Virus record (IMG/VR): IMGVR_UViG_3300028195_000196
Span: 1-38,506 of that record
Length of the DNA stretch: 38,506 nucleotides
Reading direction: 5' to 3' (one strand)
Origin: a virus
Taxonomy: Duplodnaviria > Caudoviricetes
The notes below the pieces were generated by a model. The model had not been told where the DNA came from. It did no database searches and worked only from the letters and a program-made list of their open reading frames with translations. Positions within the stretch are counted from its first letter, which is position 1; every line of letters starts with the position of its first letter. Positions 26,427-36,088 of this stretch are shown here, piece after piece. Both the position numbers and the translations under genes were made by a program.

Positions 26427-27194
26427 ATGTCAGATAATCCAACAACCAAAGACGCCTCCAGTTCAATAATAGGTGCTGATTCAAATAGCCCCGACTTATT
26501 AAAACTGGAACAAGCTGTTTCCGAGGCTGGAAAGACAGAACCAACAACAGAAACTTCTGAAGAAGCTGCAGAGCCACAAGCCCCTGATATGGGACAAGCA
26601 TTAGGTGAACTCGCAGAGAAGAAGGGATTTAAGAGTGCAGATGACTTTCTCAAATGGAATCAAAACCTAGAGAAGCAGAACACACAGATGTCCCAAAAGA
26701 TGAGTGAGTTAGCTAACAAAGTTGAGCAGGCATTGCCTAAACAACAAGTTGAAGACCCATTCGCTAACTTACCTTCTGAGCAGAGAGAGGCTCTCGATAT
26801 GCTCGGTAGAATCATTGATCAAAAGATTAGTCCTTTGAGAGAAGATTTAGAGGTAAGAAAAGCTGGTGCAGAGATTCAATCCGTTAAGGAGAGATTCCCT
26901 GGAATAGATAACACCAAAATCGAAGAAGCATTGTCTTATGTAGAAAGATCCCCTGGGATCCAACTCGAAGACGCTTTAAAGATTGTTACCTACGAAAGTG
27001 CACAAGCAACTTCACAGATTCAGAAAGAAAGAGCTACAAAAACTCAGCAAAAGAAAAGAGCCTTTGTTGAGACCGCCAAGACTTCTAGAGCAGGTGGCGA
27101 CATAGATTATTCTAATCTTTCCCTAGAGGAACTAGAGAATATCTTGCCACAAAGTGGTCAATACGTTGACTACAAAGGAAGATTAAAGCGATAG
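26427..27194 (+). CDS. Capsid scaffolding protein (start ATG 26427)
   Basis: AAGGAGG RBS; acidic N-terminus, coiled coil, LSLEELE; precedes the capsid gene. Confidence 0.8.
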   Translation: MSDNPTTKDASSSIIGADSNSPDLLKLEQAVSEAGKTEPTTETSEEAAEPQAPDMGQALGELAEKKGFKSADDFLKWNQNLEKQNTQMSQKMSELANKVEQALPKQQVEDPFANLPSEQREALDMLGRIIDQKISPLREDLEVRKAGAEIQSVKERFPGIDNTKIEEALSYVERSPGIQLEDALKIVTYESAQATSQIQKERATKTQQKKRAFVETAKTSRAGGDIDYSNLSLEELENILPQSGQYVDYKGRLKR

Positions 27195-27223
27195 TATAAA
27201 TAGTATAGAAAAGGACAAAAGTA

Positions 27224-28141
27224 ATGGCATTAACCAATACCACAACCCTATCTTCAGTCGTTAAGGCATACTACGACAAACGTTTCTTGATGAGAGCCGA
27301 AGCTAACTTCGTGTTCAAACAACTAGGACGTCAAGGCGTAGTTCCTAAAGGCGAAGGTAAAACAGTTGTCTGGAATCGTTACACTAACCCTACTGCTAAA
27401 TCAGCATTAACGGAAGGTACCGACCCAACACCTAGCGGATTATCCGCAACACTAGTATCAGCTACCATATCTCAATATGGAAACTTCGAACAGATCACTG
27501 ATCTTTTGAGTTTAACTTCAATCGATAACTCTATTGCATCCGCAGTAGACTTACTCGCCTATGAAGCTGCACTCTCTATTGACTCAGTCATCCGTGATGT
27601 CGTTGATGGAGGATCTTCAGTTCTCTACGCCTCAGGTGTAGCTAACAGAACTTCTCTTATCGCAACTGACGTTATGCAAGTTGCTGATGTTAGAAAAGTA
27701 GTAAGAGAACTCAAGGGAGCTAACGCTAAGCCACAGATGAAATCTGGAAGCTTTATGGCTGTTATCCACCCTGATGTCGAATACGACTTACAAGGTGACT
27801 CCAACTGGACTGACGCACACCAATACACAGATTCTGCCCTAGGCGGTATCTATAATGGTGAGGTCGGTAAACTCTACGGTGTTCGTTTCTTGAACAGCAC
27901 CCAAGCTCCAATCTTATTGAACTCTGGTTCAGCAAGTGCAGAGGTTTACCAATCCTTGTTCTTCGGTGAAGAGGCTTTCGGAGTATCCGAGTTGCAAAAC
28001 TTGACTACTTATGTCGACAGCCCATCTCCAAGATCAGCCCTAAGACTCTACAGTGATGTAGGTTGGAAGGCAGGTTTCACAGCTAGCATTCTTAACGATA
28101 ACTTCATGTATCGTGTCGAATCTGGTGCAACCGCTGGATAA
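27224..28141 (+). CDS. Major capsid protein (N4-gp56-like family)
   Basis: PKGEGKTV.W.RY, LTEGTDP, QYG, VIHPDV.YDL, GEVGKLYGVRF, GWK. Confidence 0.92.
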   Translation: MALTNTTTLSSVVKAYYDKRFLMRAEANFVFKQLGRQGVVPKGEGKTVVWNRYTNPTAKSALTEGTDPTPSGLSATLVSATISQYGNFEQITDLLSLTSIDNSIASAVDLLAYEAALSIDSVIRDVVDGGSSVLYASGVANRTSLIATDVMQVADVRKVVRELKGANAKPQMKSGSFMAVIHPDVEYDLQGDSNWTDAHQYTDSALGGIYNGEVGKLYGVRFLNSTQAPILLNSGSASAEVYQSLFFGEEAFGVSELQNLTTYVDSPSPRSALRLYSDVGWKAGFTASILNDNFMYRVESGATAG

Positions 28142-28166
28142 AAAAAACTGATTTAACAGTATTTAG

Positions 28167-28204
28167 CCCCCCTTTTGACAAGGGGGGTTTTTTTGTGTTA
28201 TAAC
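28167..28204 (+). terminator. Intrinsic terminator after the capsid gene, overlapping a promoter (TTGACA at the hairpin apex)
   Basis: CCCCCCT-TTTGACA-AGGGGGG followed by T7; TG-T-TATAAC 18 nt after TTGACA. Confidence 0.75.
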
Positions 28205-28241
28205 CTTATAAGTATCAAAATAAGATATAAGGACCGAGCAA

Positions 28242-28502
28242 ATGATTATCCCTAAAAACGAGAATGTTCTCGTTAAGCCCCTAGATAGAGAAGTAAAGAC
28301 TGGAAGTGGTCTTATTATTGGATCAACATCCACAATGGAAGAGGGTTTAAAGCTAGGTGAAATCGTGCACCCAGGTAACTCTGATTTCAAAAAGGGCGAC
28401 AAAATATTTTATTCAGCATATTCATCAGTATGGGTATCAGACGATAAAGGAGACTCATACCACATGATCTGTCATTTAGACATCATGGGCATTGAAAAAT
28501 GA
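28242..28502 (+). CDS. groES: Co-chaperonin GroES
   Basis: IIPKNENVLVKP, TGSGLII, GEIVHPG, KKGDKIFY, DIMG. Confidence 0.85.
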   Translation: MIIPKNENVLVKPLDREVKTGSGLIIGSTSTMEEGLKLGEIVHPGNSDFKKGDKIFYSAYSSVWVSDDKGDSYHMICHLDIMGIEK

Positions 28503-28795
28503 ACCACAAAAAACTAGAAAGCCTGCTTAAAGAAATAAACCCTCGATATAGAATCAGACAAAGAGGTTACGGGCACGTTGGTGGTATTTTCATCGGAGAC
28601 AAAGACTTTAAACTAACCCTTAGTAAGGGTCATATTCCACTCAACACATATAGATTACTTTACATAGCAGACGACAAGAAGAAAGAAAGAGTAATAAAAA
28701 GAGGTAGAGGCGACATTCTAAAGATCCTTAGAGCAAGGAAACTTATCAGCCACTACGATTCAGTAAGGCTTAAATATGGAATATCCAAAGGTTAG
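28499..28795 (+). CDS. Basic hypothetical protein
   Basis: ATGA-coupled ORF. Confidence 0.65.
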   Translation: MNHKKLESLLKEINPRYRIRQRGYGHVGGIFIGDKDFKLTLSKGHIPLNTYRLLYIADDKKKERVIKRGRGDILKILRARKLISHYDSVRLKYGISKG

Positions 28796-30194
28796 TGTCA
28801 TTATATCCACCTATAACAGGGTGGATCTTTTAAAGAAGGCAATAATGTCTGCTAAGAGACAGTTGATAAACAACATAGAGATTATCGTTGTTGATGACTG
28901 CTCTACAGATGGAACAGAAGCAATGGTCGCTAAGATCATGAAGAAGGATAAGAGAGTTTCATATTATAGGAATGATAAGAACTTTGGATCAGACACCCAA
29001 CCCAAGAACCTTGGAGTATCAAAGGCTAAGTGTAAATATATCGCTTTTCTAGACGATGATGTTACATGGAGAAAGAATCACCTCAAGGTATTACTAAAAC
29101 AACTAGAGGCTGATAAGAAACTAGACGGTGCTTACGCAGATATGTGGATCATGCCTAATGATGAGGCAGGGATAGCACATGACTTTGACAGACAGTTCTT
29201 AATGTTTAGAAACTACATAGATATGTCAGCTATCGTCTTCAAGAAGGATGCTTTCTATGATGTTGGAGGATTAGACGAGACACTCAATAAGTTTGTAGAC
29301 TGGAACCTCTGGGTAAGAATGATTAAAGCAGGTAAGATCTTCAAGAGAGTACCTAAAGTAACATTTGACTACCTAATCCATAAGGACACTAAATCCCAAA
29401 GAGTTAAGACAGAAACGTATATGCACCCTCAGCTAGGACAGCTATGGGTACCTACATTTGATCCTACAGGTTGTGATATTCAACTTCCTTATATGGGAGA
29501 GATAAAGGAACCTAGAGTAGCTATCTTCACTATTCACTACGACAGACTAGATTACTCAAAGGAAACCTATAAGCAGATGAAGAATACAGCAGGTTATGAC
29601 TTTGACTGGTTTTGTGTAGATAACGGAAGCAAGGATGGAACTAAAGAGTGGCTTAAAGAGATATCTGGAGAGATCCAACACTTAATAAGTTTCAAAGAAA
29701 ACATGGGTATTACAGAAGCCTCTAACAGAATGATAGACATTATTAAGGGAACATCTAACTACGACATTATCATCAAGATAGACAACGATGTAGAGTTTCA
29801 AACAAGTAACTGGCTAACAGACATGATAGGTATGTGGAAGAAGAACCGTAAGATGTATCTTTCACCATACGTTGAGGGTTTGTATCACAATCCAGGTGGA
29901 GCACCTAGAAGAGGATATGGCTTTATAGGTGATGAATATATCGAGGTAACTAACCACGTTGGAGGTATCTTTGCCTTCATAGATGCTTCAGCTTATGACG
30001 AGTTCAGATGGAAAGACAAGATGTTACATGGTAATCAGGACACTGAGGCTTCTCATGCCTTTAGAGGAATGGGCTTCATGCCTTGTTACTACCCTAAACA
30101 TAGGATCTGCCACATGGACGGTACACAAGGACAAGCAGATAAGTACATAGAATACTTCGACAGAAGGAAGAGTGAAAAGACTACTAAAGCATAA
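28776..30194 (+). CDS. Tandem double GT2 glycosyltransferase
   Basis: VSVIISTYNR, VVDDCSTD, FLDDD; second domain VDNGSKD, KIDND. Confidence 0.9.
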   Translation: MEYPKVSVIISTYNRVDLLKKAIMSAKRQLINNIEIIVVDDCSTDGTEAMVAKIMKKDKRVSYYRNDKNFGSDTQPKNLGVSKAKCKYIAFLDDDVTWRKNHLKVLLKQLEADKKLDGAYADMWIMPNDEAGIAHDFDRQFLMFRNYIDMSAIVFKKDAFYDVGGLDETLNKFVDWNLWVRMIKAGKIFKRVPKVTFDYLIHKDTKSQRVKTETYMHPQLGQLWVPTFDPTGCDIQLPYMGEIKEPRVAIFTIHYDRLDYSKETYKQMKNTAGYDFDWFCVDNGSKDGTKEWLKEISGEIQHLISFKENMGITEASNRMIDIIKGTSNYDIIIKIDNDVEFQTSNWLTDMIGMWKKNRKMYLSPYVEGLYHNPGGAPRRGYGFIGDEYIEVTNHVGGIFAFIDASAYDEFRWKDKMLHGNQDTEASHAFRGMGFMPCYYPKHRICHMDGTQGQADKYIEYFDRRKSEKTTKA

Positions 30195-30238
30195 TCCAGA
30201 TACTATATTAGTAAGAGCAATAAAATAAAGGAGGTTAT

Positions 30239-30670
30239 ATGAACTTAGTTAAAGTTTATGACTTACAAACCCACATTGACGACAGGGGTTTATTGTATGA
30301 GATATTAAGGACTGACGCTGAACACAAGCCAGAGATGAATCAGGTCTACTTAGTAAAGGATAGAACTCGTGGAGTTATTAGAGCCTTTCATAAGCATGAA
30401 AAGATGTGGGATTACTTCCATATAGCTGCAGGATCAGCAACGTTCTTATTTTTCAAAGATAAAGATTCAGGATTCCAAAAGGTAGTCTTAGATAGCAGAA
30501 AACCTCAAGTGATAGCTGTCCCTCCTACTATTTGGCATGGCTGGATGAGTTTGGAAGATGACACAATGTTAGTCTCAGTAGGATCTACTTGCTACAACCC
30601 AGATAAGCCAGATGAAGAGAGATGTAAACCAGATGTATTAGGTAATGTTTGGAAGGTGGAAGCAAAATGA
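30239..30670 (+). CDS. RmlC-like cupin NDP-sugar epimerase/isomerase
   Basis: DDRG, RAFHKH, PPTIWHGW. Confidence 0.85.
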   Translation: MNLVKVYDLQTHIDDRGLLYEILRTDAEHKPEMNQVYLVKDRTRGVIRAFHKHEKMWDYFHIAAGSATFLFFKDKDSGFQKVVLDSRKPQVIAVPPTIWHGWMSLEDDTMLVSVGSTCYNPDKPDEERCKPDVLGNVWKVEAK

Positions 30671-31452
30671 TTCTACTTACTGGCAGTCATGGGTGGATAG
30701 GAACAAGGTTAAGAGAGATGTATCCAGATGAGTTCTTACCTTACGATTTAGAGATCGGTAAGGATATTCTTGATTACTACCAACTACTCAAGGATGCTCA
30801 GAAGTGTACTAAGGTTATTCATTTAGCTGCAATCACTGGTCTACCTTTCTCAGCAGATAATCCACATCTATATTACGAGACTAATGTTCTAGGAACTATG
30901 AATGTTGCTAGGATCTGTTCCTTACTCAAGATCCCCCTAATCTATGCTTCAACAGACTCAGTAGAGATGAGAAACAATCACTACTCTATGTCTAAGTTAG
31001 CAGGGGAAAGCGTTATTGATGTAGAGAAATGTCAGAATGGGTTAAAGGCAGGGACTATAAGATTCCCTAACCCATACGGACCAGAGATGAGACAGAACTA
31101 TGTGTTCCCAATCTTTACAAGGATGCTAGAGAGTGGATCTGATATAACACTCCAAAATGGAGGTAATCAGAAGAAAGACTTTATCTACATTGACGATCTA
31201 TGCAGGATTATTAAGAGCCATGAACCAAGTGAACACACATACTATGCAAGCTCAGGTAAGAGGAGATCTATTAAAGACGTAGCAACAATCATGAAGAGTC
31301 TCATTGAATCAGATTCTAAGATGGTTGTAACTGAAGGAAGAGTCGGAGAAGTAGATGAGTATCATAAGCCAGAGTTTATAAAGACAGCTTCATTTCCAAC
31401 ATCTTTGGAAGAAGGGATAGAAAAATATGTCAAGTTTCACAGTAATACTTAA
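30667..31452 (+). CDS. NAD-dependent sugar epimerase/dehydratase (extended SDR); start ATG 30667
   Basis: TGSHGWIG, IHLAA, NVLGT, YSMSK, RFPNPYGP, DFIYIDD. Confidence 0.88.
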   Translation: MILLTGSHGWIGTRLREMYPDEFLPYDLEIGKDILDYYQLLKDAQKCTKVIHLAAITGLPFSADNPHLYYETNVLGTMNVARICSLLKIPLIYASTDSVEMRNNHYSMSKLAGESVIDVEKCQNGLKAGTIRFPNPYGPEMRQNYVFPIFTRMLESGSDITLQNGGNQKKDFIYIDDLCRIIKSHEPSEHTYYASSGKRRSIKDVATIMKSLIESDSKMVVTEGRVGEVDEYHKPEFIKTASFPTSLEEGIEKYVKFHSNT

Positions 31453-32194
31453 TACATACAATCAGTCTAAATACTTCCCATATGTATTTGATGCTTTAAG
31501 AAAGCAAACACATAAGGACTTTGAGGTAATAGTTACCGATGACGGTAGCACTGATAATCCTCAGAAGTGGTTAGATGAGAATCCACAACCTTTTAATGTT
31601 AGATATTTCACTCAACCACATGAAGGAATGAGATTAGCAAAGATCCAGAACGTTGGCATTGGTGAAGCTAAGAACGACTACATCGTTCATGTTATGGCTG
31701 ATAGTGTTCCAGATGAGAAACTACTCGAGGAATATAACAACGTTATGCACGATGGTGCAGTTGGCAGTGGTCTAAGAGTCTATGTAAAGGAAGCAAGAAA
31801 CGTAGAAGATATTAAGAAACCAGACAACTTCATTAAAGATGACTGGAGGAAACCAGCTCTTCCAAGTATTGGAATGGTTACTAATCCATGGAGTCGATTT
31901 ACTGGTAACAACCTATGTATATCTAAGGTTAATTACGAAAGAGTTAAGGCAGTACATGGACACTACTGGAATGAGAAATACATTGGCTATGGGCTAGAGG
32001 ACTTTGAACTAGCTATTTGCTTATATCAACAGAACGTAGAGTTTATACCTTGTATGGATGCCTTTATTTATCACATAGATCACACAGAACGAGTAGAGTC
32101 TAAGAATAACCAAGCTTTATTCGATAAGAAGATAAGCGATTTATACGGTATTAAAGTAGAAGATTTAAAAAGGGCTTATGGAGAAGAAACCTAA
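31427..32194 (+). CDS. GT2 glycosyltransferase
   Basis: VILNTYN, VTDDGSTD, GYGLED. Confidence 0.88.
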   Translation: MSSFTVILNTYNQSKYFPYVFDALRKQTHKDFEVIVTDDGSTDNPQKWLDENPQPFNVRYFTQPHEGMRLAKIQNVGIGEAKNDYIVHVMADSVPDEKLLEEYNNVMHDGAVGSGLRVYVKEARNVEDIKKPDNFIKDDWRKPALPSIGMVTNPWSRFTGNNLCISKVNYERVKAVHGHYWNEKYIGYGLEDFELAICLYQQNVEFIPCMDAFIYHIDHTERVESKNNQALFDKKISDLYGIKVEDLKRAYGEET

Positions 32195-33143
32195 AATAGC
32201 TATTATGTCCCTTAACTGGGGTGTTTCTGCTGGTTGCAGGAATATCATTGACATTGGTAATCATTTAAAGAGACGTGGTTGGGATGTTGCTGCTTTTTGT
32301 CCTGATACTACAAGTGATTATCCTCTAGAGTTTGATAGTTATGACAACATTAATCGGATCATAGATTTTAAACCAGACTTTGTTTTAGCTACGTTCTTTG
32401 CTACAGCTCCTTGGGCTGAAGAAATATCAAGAGAAACAGGTGCTAAGTGTGGATATGTTGTTCAACACGATGAATCTATTTCTTTTGGAGATGGTGTAAA
32501 ACGAACATACAAGATGCATTGGGACTTTCTTATAACAATCTCTCCTTGGCTTAAACGCTTCTTAGAGGGTTATGGTCATACTAATATTGGAATGTTCATG
32601 CCTGGTATTGATCTAGACATTTACAAACCATACAACAACAAGAAGCCTAAGACAGTTTGTTTCTACTCGAGGGAAATGGTTAGGAAGAGAACAGATATAG
32701 GAGTCAGAGCACTAGAGATCATAAAAGAGAAACGACCAGATATACAGATCCACACTTACGACTTATATGACAAGCCAAAGATGGAATGTAGAGTTACTCA
32801 TCACAAGGGACTAAAGAACGAAACGATGGCAGAGCTACTATCTATGTGTACTGTTGCAATGCAATCCACTCCTTTTGAGGGATTTGGAACAATGAGCTTA
32901 GAGCCTATGGCGTGTGGAACAGCAGTAGTTACTCCTGATATAAAGGGGACTGAAGGATTTGATAAAGACACAATCATGTACGCAAAACTAGATGCAGAGG
33001 ATATAGCAGATAGAGTTATCCACCTTATAGACTGTAATAGTATAAGAGAGAGAAGAGTTAAGAATGGTTTAAAGTTTGCAAGAACAGTTACAACAGAAAG
33101 AATGATAGATGATGTGGAGTCATTTATCTTAAAACAACTATGA
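32178..33143 (+). CDS. GT4 (GT-B) glycosyltransferase
   Basis: PGIDLDIY, EGFGTMSLEPMACG. Confidence 0.88.
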   Translation: MEKKPKIAIMSLNWGVSAGCRNIIDIGNHLKRRGWDVAAFCPDTTSDYPLEFDSYDNINRIIDFKPDFVLATFFATAPWAEEISRETGAKCGYVVQHDESISFGDGVKRTYKMHWDFLITISPWLKRFLEGYGHTNIGMFMPGIDLDIYKPYNNKKPKTVCFYSREMVRKRTDIGVRALEIIKEKRPDIQIHTYDLYDKPKMECRVTHHKGLKNETMAELLSMCTVAMQSTPFEGFGTMSLEPMACGTAVVTPDIKGTEGFDKDTIMYAKLDAEDIADRVIHLIDCNSIRERRVKNGLKFARTVTTERMIDDVESFILKQL

Positions 33144-34021
33144 GAGTACACATCATTGGTGCAGGACTAGCAGGAGCAATAATGGCTAGAAGATATAAAG
33201 ACGCTGGTCATGAGCCTATTGTCTATGAAAGAGATAGAGTGATGGGTGCTTGCTGGGAGAATAAAGACTACCAACTTTATCCACACTTTTTCCACACTAA
33301 TGTAGATGAAGTAATGGCATTTGTTTTGCAATACACTACTATCAACCCATATCGACACTTAGGTACTAACTACTCTGATGGTGAATACTTTGTTTTTCCA
33401 CCAAAGGAGATCAATGAGAAGATTAGAGATAAGTCTTTTGCTCCATACAATATTAAGATGTGGCACGATGTTCCCAAGAAGAATGTTATTAAAAGGATTA
33501 AGCCATCTAATGGCTGCTTACACTCAGACAAGTACCAGGGTGTGCTAGATATACCAAAGCTATTCGATAACTTGCTTGATGGTATTGAAGTCAAGATAGG
33601 TTTTGACATAACAACTAAACATGACTTTAAAGGAGAGAAGGTTATCTTAACTGGTGCAGTAGATGAATACTACGAATATATGTATGGAAAACTACCATAC
33701 AGAGGGATGCAGGTAAGTCACCTAAAGACAGAGACTGGTTTACCAACTGCTACAGTAAACTTCCCAGAGTCAGACTTTCCTTTTATTAGAATGACAGACT
33801 ATCGTAAGTTTGGTTACGGTAACTATATTGGGATAGAAGCTCCATGCGATGACATTAAACATTATCCAATAGAGAACGAAGAGTCTGAAAAGCTGTATAA
33901 CAAGTACCGTAAGAAAGCCGTAAAAGACGATATTACCCTCGTTGGGAGGCTAGCACGCTATAAATACCAGGACATGGACATAGTTATTAACGATTGTTTA
34001 GAAGTACAAATAAAGGAGTAA
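33140..34021 (+). CDS. glf: UDP-galactopyranose mutase-like flavoprotein
   Basis: IIGAGLAG, HFFHT, YQG, GKLPYR, VNFP, YP, GRLARYKYQDMD. Confidence 0.82.
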   Translation: MRVHIIGAGLAGAIMARRYKDAGHEPIVYERDRVMGACWENKDYQLYPHFFHTNVDEVMAFVLQYTTINPYRHLGTNYSDGEYFVFPPKEINEKIRDKSFAPYNIKMWHDVPKKNVIKRIKPSNGCLHSDKYQGVLDIPKLFDNLLDGIEVKIGFDITTKHDFKGEKVILTGAVDEYYEYMYGKLPYRGMQVSHLKTETGLPTATVNFPESDFPFIRMTDYRKFGYGNYIGIEAPCDDIKHYPIENEESEKLYNKYRKKAVKDDITLVGRLARYKYQDMDIVINDCLEVQIKE

Positions 34022-34022
34022 T

Positions 34023-34625
34023 ATGAGAATAGCACTAGATTATGACGATTTTAACCCGTTAAACCACAGAATAGACGTAATAGATATGCTAAGGGTTAGA
34101 TTTGATGACTTTAAGGTCACAATGTTTACTATTCCTTGGGATATTAGGTTTGTTCCTGACAAAAAGGGTCTTAGGATCACTGATAAAGAGTGGAAACCAT
34201 GGGTTAATAAGGTAAAAGAGGGAATAGAAGAAGGTTGGCTAGAGATTGCTATCCATGGATTAACACATTTACCTATGGAGTTCTCTGAACTTTCATACCA
34301 AGAAGCTAAAAATCGTATCTTAGTAGCCCAAAAGATGTTCTTTAACGTTGGTATTAAGACAAATGGGATGTTTAAAGCTCCTAACTGGGCTATTTCTGAC
34401 GGTGCAAGGAAAGCAGTGAAGGATTTAGGCTTAAAACTAATGGAAGACGGTTATTATAACTGGAATCTCAAGGATAAGAGACCACCTAAGAGAGTTAAGT
34501 TAATAGCTCATGGTCATATTCAAGATGGAGACGGTTGTAATAACGGAATAGAAGAAACTTATATGAAACTAGCAGATCTACCACACGACATCGAGTGGAA
34601 ACATCTAAGAGAGGTGATTAAATGA
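34023..34625 (+). CDS. Polysaccharide deacetylase (CE4/DUF2334-like)
   Basis: DYDDF, EIAIHGLTH, FKAPNW. Confidence 0.8.
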   Translation: MRIALDYDDFNPLNHRIDVIDMLRVRFDDFKVTMFTIPWDIRFVPDKKGLRITDKEWKPWVNKVKEGIEEGWLEIAIHGLTHLPMEFSELSYQEAKNRILVAQKMFFNVGIKTNGMFKAPNWAISDGARKAVKDLGLKLMEDGYYNWNLKDKRPPKRVKLIAHGHIQDGDGCNNGIEETYMKLADLPHDIEWKHLREVIK

Positions 34626-35629
34626 ACATATTAGCATTTTCAAACTACACAGGTTCTGTACAGTGGAGATTAGACGCACCTGCTAAGTACATCAACAATA
34701 ATACTAAGCACGAGTTCTATGTAGCATCCTCTAAGGACTGGAAAGAGGATACTCTTGGAGCTGATATTGTTATCGCCCAGATGTGGAGAAATCCTAAAGG
34801 AGTAGATGTAGCCCATGCTCAAGGAGCTAAGGTAGTTTACGAAGCTGATGACATTGTTATCGGAGTGGGTGGAAAAGATCGCAAAGAACTTATGGATCTT
34901 ACTGAGGAAGAAACTGAGCAAACAAAAGAGACTATTGGTAAATGTGATCTAGTTACCGTTACAACAGAGGTTCTTGCAGACCACTACCGTAACTTTAATA
35001 AGAATGTCGTGGTGTTACCTAACTACATGGACTTCGACTGGTGGAATAAGCCCTGGAAACCAGAGAACACAGGTCAGTTAAGGTTGGGATGGGCAGGATC
35101 ACTCTCACACAGAGAAGATCTTATCTTCATGGCTCCTATAATAAAGGATATTCTTGACGAGTTTCCTTTCGTAAAGTTTGTTTACTGTGGAGCAGGAGGG
35201 AAAAAAGGTATATATGGTGAAGATCTATTCGCAGACATACCCGAAAACAGAAGAGAGTACTACCAAGGAGTTCCACTCGAGTTCTGGGCTGAGAAGAGTA
35301 AATCCCTTGGGATTGATATTGGCATTGCTCCTCTCTTGGATGACTCTTTTAACTCTGGTAAAAGCAATATTAAGTATTTCGAATACTCTGCAAATGGAGT
35401 ACCAGGAGTATATGCAGATACCGTCGTCTACAACACAACCATCACCAACGGGGTTAATGGTTTTCTAGCAAAGACAGCAGAAGAGTGGAAGACAGCTATT
35501 ACCAGGCTAATACTAGACGCTAGTGTTAGAGAGATGATTGCTAATGAAGCACAGAAAGACATCTTTAAGAACTGGGACATTGAAAATCACTATCATAAAT
35601 GGGTGGAAGCTTATGAAAGTATATTATGA
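34622..35629 (+). CDS. GT-B glycosyltransferase
   Basis: VYEADD, VLPNY, LGWAGS.SH..D, DIGIAPL..FN..KSNIKYFEY. Confidence 0.85.
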   Translation: MNILAFSNYTGSVQWRLDAPAKYINNNTKHEFYVASSKDWKEDTLGADIVIAQMWRNPKGVDVAHAQGAKVVYEADDIVIGVGGKDRKELMDLTEEETEQTKETIGKCDLVTVTTEVLADHYRNFNKNVVVLPNYMDFDWWNKPWKPENTGQLRLGWAGSLSHREDLIFMAPIIKDILDEFPFVKFVYCGAGGKKGIYGEDLFADIPENRREYYQGVPLEFWAEKSKSLGIDIGIAPLLDDSFNSGKSNIKYFEYSANGVPGVYADTVVYNTTITNGVNGFLAKTAEEWKTAITRLILDASVREMIANEAQKDIFKNWDIENHYHKWVEAYESIL

Positions 35630-36051
35630 ATGAACCAGTTTCAGTTCCAAGTGTAGAAAAAGCACAAACAAACTCTACTCCTAAAACTAGTGCAGTAGAT
35701 GAGGGACAGATCCTAGACGAAGGACTAGATCTCTCAGGATATATAGGGACACATGGTAAACCGTTTGTAGCTGATTACTTTGGAATAGGTGATCTTTATA
35801 ACACTAATCCAGAGATAGCAGAGATGGTAGATGGTGTTACAGAGAACATTATGTCTCAAACAGAGGGAATGAACCTGGTTTATGTAGCTAAATCAATCCT
35901 AGATGAGCTTGGGCAAGAAGTTAATCTAAAGGAAAATGACGCAGGCTTATATAAGTTGAAACAGACCATAAAAATCATGGGAATGAAACAACAAGCCAAG
36001 CAGTTAGACCTGATGAAGAAAAAGGTACTAGACGACATTGATAAGATGTAG
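35626..36051 (+). CDS. Hypothetical protein
   Basis: ATGA-coupled ORF. Confidence 0.65.
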   Translation: MNEPVSVPSVEKAQTNSTPKTSAVDEGQILDEGLDLSGYIGTHGKPFVADYFGIGDLYNTNPEIAEMVDGVTENIMSQTEGMNLVYVAKSILDELGQEVNLKENDAGLYKLKQTIKIMGMKQQAKQLDLMKKKVLDDIDKM

Positions 36052-36088
36052 TAATCTTAAATAAGACGGAGCAGAATAAGTTATTTAT

